Shown piece by piece: positions 24,862 to 32,388 of a stretch of 32,388 nucleotides of DNA; positions within the stretch are counted from its first letter, which is position 1, and every line of letters starts with the position of its first letter. The stretch covers positions 1 through 32,388 of the forward strand of contig JBHLMP010000043.1 in the NCBI GenBank assembly GCA_048938025.1, in the 5' to 3' direction. The stretch comes from Promethearchaeota archaeon (lineage in GTDB: Archaea; Asgardarchaeota; Lokiarchaeia; Sigyniarchaeales; SOKP01). The position numbers and the translations under genes were made by a program. The notes under the pieces were generated by a model that saw only the letters and a program-made list of their open reading frames with translations, had not been told where the DNA came from and searched no databases.

Positions 24862-27030
24862 ATGACTGCTACCAACGACGCTTCTATTTTTTTCAACCCA
24901 AAATCAATTGCAATTATTGGTGCTAGTAATAGACCTGGAAAGGTTGGATATAATGTATTAAAAAACATAATAGATTCTGGCTATTCTGGAAAAATTTTTC
25001 CTATCAATCCAAAAGCTGGTGAAATTCTTAACTATAAGACTTTTAAAAGTGTATTAGATGTACCAGATGAAATTGATATAGCGATTTTTGTAATCCCTGG
25101 AAACTATGTAAATTCAATTGCAGAAGAGTGTGGTAAAAAGAATGTTAGGGGCTTAGTTGTTATCTCAGCTGGTTTTAAAGAAATTGGTGGAGAAGGTATT
25201 TTACGCGAAAAAAAGCTTATTGAAGTTGCTAAAAAAAATAATATGAGGATTATTGGTCCAAATTGCTTAGGATTTATTGGAATCCATTATAATGGTTCAT
25301 TTGCATCAGAAACTCCTAAAAAAGGACATATTGCTATGATCTCCCAATCTGGAGCAATGTTAACAGGGATGATGGATTATTCTATGGAACAAGCGTTTGG
25401 TTTTTCGTGTAATATTAGCTTAGGGAATAAAGCCGATTGCTCTGAAGTGGATTTCATTGAATATTTAGCAGAGGATGAAGATACTAAAGTGATTCTATGT
25501 TATCTAGAGAGTATAGAAAATGGAGAAAAATTTTTAGAAATTGTTTCAAAAGCAGCGAGAAAAAAGCCAATAGTCATTTTAAAAGCGGGAGTTAGTGAAG
25601 CAGGCGCTAGAGCCGCTTCAAGCCATACTGGGGCATTAGCAGGGTCTGATATAGCATATGATTTAGCATTCGAAAAATGTGGAGTAATAAGAGCAAATTC
25701 GATTGGAGACCTTTTCGATTTTGGTGAAGCTTTTCTGTACCAACCAATACCAGAAAAAAATTCATTTGCTATTATTACAAACGCCGGCGGTCCAGGAATA
25801 GTAGCTACTGATGCATTTGAACGTGAGGGCTTAAAATTTGCCCAATTTTCAGAACCGATATTACATAATTTAAGAGATAATTTACCCCCAGAAGCAGCTA
25901 TTTTCAATCCTGTAGATATCATTGGAGATGCATCACCAGAAAGATATCGATTTACTATTGAATCTATTTTTGGTATAAATAACAAAAATGTTGAAGGAAT
26001 ATATGAAGATTCAATTACTACTTATGGGGCATTAATAATTATGTCTCCACAAGCTCAAACAAGACCAATTGAAGTTGCCAAATTAATTTATGATATCTCC
26101 TCGAATCATCTATCAACCAAGCCGATAATTTGTGCTATGATAGGTGGAAAATCTGTTAAAGATGCAAGAAAATTTTTGAATCAACATCATATACCTTGTT
26201 ATCCATTTCCAGAAAGAGCTGCTCACTCTTTAAAAACATTAGTAAGTTATAAAGATTTTTTAGACTCAAAACCTTTGGAAAAATTAGAAATTCCTGAATT
26301 TACAGTTAATGCAGACAGAGTTAAAGAAATTTTTGATGCTGTTAGAAAAGATGGACGAACTGTACTTTTAAGCCATGAAACGAGCGAAATTTTCGATTGT
26401 TATGGAATTAAATCTCCAAAATCAAGATTAGCAAGAACTCCAAGAGAGGCTATGAAATTACAAAAAGAAATTGGGAGATCCGTTTTAAAGATTGTCAGTC
26501 CACAGATAATTCATAAGACTGATGTAGGAGGGATTGTTTTAGGTGTCGAATCTGAGATAGATGCCTTCGAGGCTTTTATTCAAATTGTGGATAATGCGAA
26601 AAAATTTGGCCCCCAAATAGCTAAAATTTATGGCGTTGAATTGCAAGAAATGATTGACTTCAAAAAAGAAAAAAAAGTAATTGAACTTATTATTGGTATG
26701 TCTCGTGACCCTCAATTTGGTCCAATGTTGATGATTGGTTCTGGGGGAATTTACGCTAATTTTCTAAGAGATATTTCATTCGCGTTAGGATATAAATTTA
26801 CAGAACAGGCTGCAAAAAACACACTTCAAAAAACTAAAATATACAGTCTATTACAAGGAGTTAGAGGAGAACCAGCTTCCGATATTGATTCAATTATAGA
26901 AGTGTTGTTAAGATTATCACAACTAGTAAATGATTTTAAAGATATTGTTGAGTTAGATATTAATCCATTATTATCCTTTATTAAAGGATATAGTGCAGTA
27001 GATATTAAAATTACTATAAGCCGAGGATAA
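24862..27030 (+). CDS. acdAB: Acetate/acyl-CoA ligase (ADP-forming), fused alpha-beta
   Basis: IIGAS, GPNCLG, SQSGA, LGNKAD, ASSHTGALAG (phospho-His), NPVD, HKTDVGG, DINPL. Confidence 0.92.
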   Translation: MTATNDASIFFNPKSIAIIGASNRPGKVGYNVLKNIIDSGYSGKIFPINPKAGEILNYKTFKSVLDVPDEIDIAIFVIPGNYVNSIAEECGKKNVRGLVVISAGFKEIGGEGILREKKLIEVAKKNNMRIIGPNCLGFIGIHYNGSFASETPKKGHIAMISQSGAMLTGMMDYSMEQAFGFSCNISLGNKADCSEVDFIEYLAEDEDTKVILCYLESIENGEKFLEIVSKAARKKPIVILKAGVSEAGARAASSHTGALAGSDIAYDLAFEKCGVIRANSIGDLFDFGEAFLYQPIPEKNSFAIITNAGGPGIVATDAFEREGLKFAQFSEPILHNLRDNLPPEAAIFNPVDIIGDASPERYRFTIESIFGINNKNVEGIYEDSITTYGALIIMSPQAQTRPIEVAKLIYDISSNHLSTKPIICAMIGGKSVKDARKFLNQHHIPCYPFPERAAHSLKTLVSYKDFLDSKPLEKLEIPEFTVNADRVKEIFDAVRKDGRTVLLSHETSEIFDCYGIKSPKSRLARTPREAMKLQKEIGRSVLKIVSPQIIHKTDVGGIVLGVESEIDAFEAFIQIVDNAKKFGPQIAKIYGVELQEMIDFKKEKKVIELIIGMSRDPQFGPMLMIGSGGIYANFLRDISFALGYKFTEQAAKNTLQKTKIYSLLQGVRGEPASDIDSIIEVLLRLSQLVNDFKDIVELDINPLLSFIKGYSAVDIKITISRG

Positions 27031-27101
27031 GTTTTAAGAAAATATAAAAAACCTATAAAATAAAATTAAATGGTAAAGAAAAAAGATTGTAGGGATTTAT
27101 A

Positions 27102-28166
27102 ATGGTAAAAACGATTTATTTATGCTCGTTAAGGGAAAGAGTAGGAAAGAGTTTAATTTCGATCGGAATTCTGCAAAAATTACAAAACGAAGGTAAGAAA
27201 GTAGCCTATTTCAAACCAATCGGAATTCCAAAGGGAGCTTTTACTAATAAGGCGGATCGCGATGTAGGGTTTATTCAAAATACTATTTTCAAAACAACAT
27301 TCCCATATGACATAATATCTCCCGTTTCTATTCCAGATTGCTATTATGTGGATCTCATAGATGTTAAAAGAAAGGAGGAGAATTTAAGAATGATTAAACA
27401 TGCTTACGATGAATTATCTAAAAAATTTGAATATTTAATTATTGAAGGTTCCCCAAGCATTAAAAGATATACACGCGTAGGCTTAGATGATGTCACCATA
27501 GCGCAATTAATTGATGTTAATGAACTAGTTTTCATAGAAACACAATCTTCTGATAAATGCATTGATAATTTATTCTTCTCTAAAAATTATTTTGAATTTA
27601 GAAAAATCAATATAAAAGGAGTTATTTTTAATAAGATTGATTATGACTATAAAGCAAGGATTGAAGAATTAGAAGAAAATCATATTAAAAGATATGGAAT
27701 CCCGATACTGGGAATCATAGAAAAAAGTATTGAGTTGTTTGCACCTCGAGTAATCGAAATTCAAGAAGGCATCGGTGGAGAATTAATTAATGAAGCAGCA
27801 TCTACGAACTTAAACAATAGGATTGAAACAACAATAATCGGCGCGATGAATGCTCAAGCTGCTCTGAAATATTTGCGACAGGTAAAAGCAGCAGCAGTTA
27901 TTACAGGCGGAGACCGTACAGACTTAGCTTTAGCAGCATTAAATGAAAATGTTGCATGTTTAATCTTAACTGGGTTTATACAACCTGATATAAAGGTTAT
28001 TCATACAGCGAATGAAAAAGGAATTCCAATAATCCTTAGTCCATCTGATACATACACAACACTAAGAAATATGGATAGAATATTACCGGGAATCCAAGAA
28101 GATGAAATAGATTTAGCCTTAAAATTAGTAGAAAATGAATTAAACTGGGGTCTTTTATTAAAATAA
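27102..28166 (+). CDS. Phosphotransacetylase N-terminal-like protein (BioD-like P-loop plus DRTGG domain), no Pta catalytic domain
   Basis: VGKS, YFKPIG, IIEG, VITGGDRTD, LILTG; ends at 354 aa. Confidence 0.85.
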   Translation: MVKTIYLCSLRERVGKSLISIGILQKLQNEGKKVAYFKPIGIPKGAFTNKADRDVGFIQNTIFKTTFPYDIISPVSIPDCYYVDLIDVKRKEENLRMIKHAYDELSKKFEYLIIEGSPSIKRYTRVGLDDVTIAQLIDVNELVFIETQSSDKCIDNLFFSKNYFEFRKINIKGVIFNKIDYDYKARIEELEENHIKRYGIPILGIIEKSIELFAPRVIEIQEGIGGELINEAASTNLNNRIETTIIGAMNAQAALKYLRQVKAAAVITGGDRTDLALAALNENVACLILTGFIQPDIKVIHTANEKGIPIILSPSDTYTTLRNMDRILPGIQEDEIDLALKLVENELNWGLLLK

Positions 28167-28306
28167 TAATAAGATTGATTTTTTCTTTTAATTTTTCTTT
28201 GTTTTCTTGCTTTTCAGATGAATAGAGACTAAAATCAAAAAATTATTTAATTTTAAAATACAATTGCAAACAATAATTCTATTTTATTTTTACTTTATGA
28301 GGAGAG

Positions 28307-29491
28307 ATGGTTTCCCAAAGATTAAAAGTTATAGAATATGCTATAAGAGAAATTGCTGCAATTGCCAGCGAAGTTGCTAAGAGTGGAAAAGAAATTTATC
28401 ATTTAAATATTGGAGATCCAGTAATTTATGATTTCCATACACCTAAATATATTTCTCAAGCATTAGCAGATGCTACTTTTGCAAATAAGAATTATTATGT
28501 AGATTCTTTAGGTCTTCCAGAACTTCGAGAAGAAATCAGTAAATCTCTTAAACGCCAAAATAATCTCAATATTAATAGTAATGATATTTTAGTAACTTCA
28601 GGAGTAACAGAAGCAATTTTCTTCCTTCTTGCTGGATTGATTGAAAACAAAAATGAAATTCTCATTCCAGGTCCTAGTTATCCATTATATATTAATTACG
28701 CTAAGTTCTTCAACGGTATTCCTATAGAGTATAAATTAGATGAAAATGATGAATGGGAGCCAAATATTGATGATTTAAGAAAAAAGATAACGAAAAAAAC
28801 ACAAGCAATATTAATCTGTTCTCCAAATAATCCAACTGGAGTAATTTATGGTGAAAAGAAGATAAAACAAATAATTGATATTGCCGGTGAACATGATTTA
28901 CCTATTTTATCTGATGAGATATATGACCAAATTACATATGAAAAACCATATATTAGTCCTGCTTCACTCAGTAAAGATGTTCCAATAATAGGATTGAATG
29001 GTTTTTCCAAGACACATTTGGCAACAGGATGGAGATTGGGATATCTCTATTATTATGACCCACAAAATAAACTAGAGGAATTAAAAGAAGGAATTGCAAA
29101 AATGGCACGAGCGAGGCTTTCAGCTAGTTCAGTAGCACAATATGCTGCCATTGAAATATTAAAAAATCCAGGAACACATACAGAACAGATGGTTAAAAAA
29201 TTAAAAGAAAGAAGGGATTATTCCTATGATCGATTAAGAAAAATAGAAGGAATTACATGCGTTAAAGCCAACGGTGCATTTTATTTATTTCCTAAATTTG
29301 ATTTTGAAGAGTTAAAAAAATGGAAGGATGATAAAGATTTTGTTATAGATCTTTTAAAAACAACAGGAATCTGCGCTGTATATGGTTCTGGATTTGGGAA
29401 TTTTGGTAAGGGACATGTAAGATTCACTTTCTTACCAAATATAGACATGTTGGATACTGTATTTAATCTCCTTGAAAATTTTTTGAAGTGA
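28307..29491 (+). CDS. PLP-dependent class I/II aminotransferase (AlaA/alanine aminotransferase-like)
   Basis: IEYAIR, LNIGDP, PNNPTG, SDEIY, NGFSKTHLATGWRLG. Confidence 0.92.
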   Translation: MVSQRLKVIEYAIREIAAIASEVAKSGKEIYHLNIGDPVIYDFHTPKYISQALADATFANKNYYVDSLGLPELREEISKSLKRQNNLNINSNDILVTSGVTEAIFFLLAGLIENKNEILIPGPSYPLYINYAKFFNGIPIEYKLDENDEWEPNIDDLRKKITKKTQAILICSPNNPTGVIYGEKKIKQIIDIAGEHDLPILSDEIYDQITYEKPYISPASLSKDVPIIGLNGFSKTHLATGWRLGYLYYYDPQNKLEELKEGIAKMARARLSASSVAQYAAIEILKNPGTHTEQMVKKLKERRDYSYDRLRKIEGITCVKANGAFYLFPKFDFEELKKWKDDKDFVIDLLKTTGICAVYGSGFGNFGKGHVRFTFLPNIDMLDTVFNLLENFLK

Positions 29492-29556
29492 TACACTTTA
29501 AAGCAGAATAGTATTCAATAACTAAAATTTAAAAAAGGGAAGATTATATAATATTC

Positions 29557-29841
29557 ATGCAACACACGGAAGTAAAAAATATCAGGATTTCAATTTACTT
29601 TGATTTAATCTGTGGTGCAATTTCATCAAGCTTAGCACTAATAGCTATTGTTTTTACGTCAATTAAATTTGGGATAGAAAGTAAATATTTAACAGGGTTT
29701 ATAATAGCTCTTACTTTTTGGATACTATATTTAATATTTTCTTTGTTTATGATTTTCTATGGAATTTATCTCTATATGCAAGAAATACATTTTGATGATA
29801 AAAAAAAGATAAGGAAAAATTTAAAACCACCAATATTATAA
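29557..29841 (+). CDS. Small hypothetical membrane protein (2 TM helices)
   Basis: Two hydrophobic helices and a basic tail. Confidence 0.6.
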   Translation: MQHTEVKNIRISIYFDLICGAISSSLALIAIVFTSIKFGIESKYLTGFIIALTFWILYLIFSLFMIFYGIYLYMQEIHFDDKKKIRKNLKPPIL

Positions 29842-30001
29842 TCCATATTTATCAATTGTTGGTTTAGGAGAAAGATTAAATTTATATTTATACAATTTTA
29901 TACTAATTAATTAGAACATTCCAACAAAAATATTTAATTTTAGTAAGAATATAATTGATTTGTCTATAATTCTAATTTCTGTAAAAATATGGTAAAAAAA
30001 C

Positions 30002-30985
30002 ATGCCGGAAAGTAGTCGCCAATTAAATGATCTTAATAAAGTGTTTATTCCATGTCGAACCGTCTTAGAAATGGAAACATTGACTTCTCTCTATTTATCG
30101 ACTCAAAATTATGATCAAATAAAAGATTTACCAGAAAGTCAACCATCAAGCAAAATTATTATTCAGATTTTTGGCATAAAAGTAAATGAACCTTTAATGA
30201 GTATTGTCGACTATTTTATTAATTGTGCGATTCCGAAAGTTAAACCAGTGGTAATGTATGAAAGGGAACACCATGATAGGTATAGAATGGGTAATATTGA
30301 AGCTTATACTAAAACACGTGTTTGTCTTTATCTTGCCTTACATAGATTAAAATTAAAGTTCTTAATCTTGAAGAATTTCTTAGATAGATTTAGAAAAAAT
30401 GAATATGAACTGGATTTTTATCAATCTCAGAATTCAAGTGAAAATCAAACTATGCTCTCAACATTGTATAAATTCTATCATGACAAAAACAAGATGAATC
30501 TTATATTAATGCTTCCTAAAAAAAAAGTTTCAGAAAGGGTTAGTAAACTAATCGATACTCAAGACTCTATTACTACAGATAAAATCATAAATATGGTTGC
30601 TACCCGTTTATTTACAGATGAAAAAAATCAAATAAAATTTATTATGAGAGAAATAAAAGCATCTCTGTTTGTTTGTAAACTTATTTTTGCGACAATGGAT
30701 GTTAAGAATCCATTTTTACGAGCACACGATACAATGATTAATCCGGAAGAAACGATGATTAGTAATGATTTTATTCCAGAATTAATTCCCGCAATGTCAA
30801 AATGCTTATCTGATAACAATTATGTCCAATTGGAAGAATGTATAAATGCATTTGATTTTCTTATGAATAAAGTATTAGATGGAATCAATTATGCTTATGA
30901 AGTTGCTTCAGGAGGGATTATTAAATTAGAATTAGATGAAACATTGTATAATACTGGTAATATCTTTGTAGAATTGCAAGTATAG
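30002..30985 (+). CDS. Hypothetical protein, probably mainly alpha-helical
   Basis: 327-aa ORF; no motif recognised. Confidence 0.75.
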   Translation: MPESSRQLNDLNKVFIPCRTVLEMETLTSLYLSTQNYDQIKDLPESQPSSKIIIQIFGIKVNEPLMSIVDYFINCAIPKVKPVVMYEREHHDRYRMGNIEAYTKTRVCLYLALHRLKLKFLILKNFLDRFRKNEYELDFYQSQNSSENQTMLSTLYKFYHDKNKMNLILMLPKKKVSERVSKLIDTQDSITTDKIINMVATRLFTDEKNQIKFIMREIKASLFVCKLIFATMDVKNPFLRAHDTMINPEETMISNDFIPELIPAMSKCLSDNNYVQLEECINAFDFLMNKVLDGINYAYEVASGGIIKLELDETLYNTGNIFVELQV

Positions 30986-31044
30986 AATGTACGTCTAGAA
31001 TTCTTCGAAAGGAAAAAAAAACAAAAAAATAATTAATTATTAGC

Positions 31045-31299
31045 TCATTTATTCGGTGCTTTTCTTCCTAACCACTTTTCACAAAAGGTATCAATGTCAG
31101 GCAGAAAATTAAAAACTGTAGGATATCCTGGAGGTATTGATTCAACATCTAGTAGCGTAAAACATCCAGGACAGAAATATTCACGTAATTCCATCCAGTC
31201 GGGGTTGCATCCCATATATTTAGGGTAAAATTCTTCAATTTCTTCAGTTGTATCTCTAACTCTAACTCGACATTTTGTCTTCCAATTCTCCTGATAATC
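31045..31299 (-). pseudogene. acxC: 5'-truncated acetone carboxylase gamma subunit remnant
   Basis: Manual translation DYQENWKTKCRVRVRDTTEEIEEFYPKYMGCNPDWMELREYFCPGCFTLLDVESIPPGYPTVFNFLPDIDTFCEKWLGRKAPNK*. This matches the AcxC C-terminal half; the N-terminal half and an upstream start are missing. Confidence 0.8.
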
Positions 31300-31333
31300 A
31301 TATATATGCCAAGGAAAACTTTTATAATTTTTT

Positions 31334-32236
31334 TTATTCTTTTTTTCGAAATAATAAAAATTCTACAAATTTCTCTAATTTTTTAGTTTCTTGGAATAAG
31401 TTAGGAGTTTGATCTTGGAGATATTCCATAAAAATCTTTATATCATTGTTTTTTTGAGATGGAGCTTCAGAGATAATTCTTTTTACATGTTGAAAATTTG
31501 ATGCTCTTAATAACTCATTATTTATTCTATTGCTTTCTTTTGTTAAAAGGAACAGATAGTAATCGCTTATGTCCCAAGGATTCAAAAATCCATCTGGTTT
31601 ATCTCCATCTTCAGCTAATTTTCCCCGTGTTAATCGTGTATCAGTTCTTGTAGGTAAAACCATATTAAATGTAATATTTTCTTTTCTAAATTCCTTCGAT
31701 AATGAATCCATTAAGCCAACTACGGCATATTTGCATGTTGTATAAGCCAAATATAAGGGTGCAACAGCCCTATAATGCTCACTGCCAGTAATTATAAATC
31801 GTGCTTTATCTTGCTTATCGTCTTTTTTTATATAAGGATAGGAAGCCCGAAACGTAAAATATACTCCAAGAATATTGATATCAAGCGTTTTACGAAATAT
31901 ATCAACATCTAATGTTAAAGAAGATTCTGCTCCAGTACGCCAACCGGCGTTGGCTATTACTCCATTTAATGGTCCAAGTGTATCATAAAAATGGTTAAAG
32001 ATGTTTTCTACATCCTTATAATTCATTATATCTCCTGCTTTAATAGATACTGTTACATTAAATCCTAAAGATTCTATTTTTTGTTTAACCTCATGTAATT
32101 CTTCTAATGTACGAGATGCTAATCCTATATTTGCTCCCTCTTCTGCACATAAAAGTGCTATATATTTCCCAATTCCTCTCCCAGAGCCGGTAATTACTAT
32201 ATTTTTATCTTTTAATAACATACTAAATTCAAGCAT
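31334..32236 (-). CDS. Short-chain dehydrogenase/reductase with a C-terminal extension
   Basis: TGSGRGIG, ANAG, YTTCK (YxxxK), PTRTDT; about 55 extra C-terminal residues. Confidence 0.9.
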   Translation of the reverse strand: MLEFSMLLKDKNIVITGSGRGIGKYIALLCAEEGANIGLASRTLEELHEVKQKIESLGFNVTVSIKAGDIMNYKDVENIFNHFYDTLGPLNGVIANAGWRTGAESSLTLDVDIFRKTLDINILGVYFTFRASYPYIKKDDKQDKARFIITGSEHYRAVAPLYLAYTTCKYAVVGLMDSLSKEFRKENITFNMVLPTRTDTRLTRGKLAEDGDKPDGFLNPWDISDYYLFLLTKESNRINNELLRASNFQHVKRIISEAPSQKNNDIKIFMEYLQDQTPNLFQETKKLEKFVEFLLFRKKE

Positions 32237-32388
32237 TAATTAGTATTGAAATATTCGAAATAATGAATAATAATTTGTTATAACTATATAAAATATGTCC
32301 TAACGAAAACGTTTATATACACTTTTGTCTTATTATTTTAATGCAGAAAAAATATCATTTCCTTTAAAAAGGGGTGATATAGAGAAGA

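Noticed and set aside
25500-30819. Short ORFs 25500-25985, 29281-29496, 30628-30819
   Set aside because: Antisense shadows of acdAB, the aminotransferase and the 327-aa ORF.
1-32388. tRNA (including tRNA-Sec), rRNA, CRISPR array, transposase or integrase
   Set aside because: No GC-rich cloverleaf, regular repeat-spacer array or mobile-element ORF was seen by eye. A covariance-model scan would be needed to be certain.

Overview
AT-rich archaeal genomic window that most resembles Lokiarchaeia (Asgard archaea). This assignment is inferred from a Loki-type profilin, a Sec-dependent Vhu hydrogenase with a eukaryote-like SECIS candidate, and the overall gene repertoire. The core is a group 3c [NiFeSe]-hydrogenase/heterodisulfide reductase locus (vhuG-vhuA-vhuU-hdrC-hdrB) flanked by maturation genes (hypE, hypD, hypF, hypC, a CooC-type ATPase). 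The ORF track misses vhuU (16692-16841), a 49-codon selenoprotein with an in-frame TGA that supplies the Ni-binding C-terminal motif absent from VhuA. Its own TGA stop lies inside the AUGA motif of a predicted SECIS-like structure. Other content: stand-alone fwdA, Nif3-like protein, mobA, two convergent purF paralogues (one lacking the catalytic Cys), profilin, a PI-PLC-like protein inserted among the hyp genes, a degenerate endonuclease V with an uncalled N-terminal Zn-knuckle and no canonical start, a coiled-coil/HEAT protein, a hyperacidic Trp-repeat microprotein, cyclophilin, ADP-forming acyl-CoA synthetase, a DRTGG protein, an aminotransferase, an uncalled acetone carboxylase gamma remnant and an SDR. 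No tRNA, rRNA, CRISPR array or transposase was recognised. All family calls come from motif recognition by eye, not database searches.
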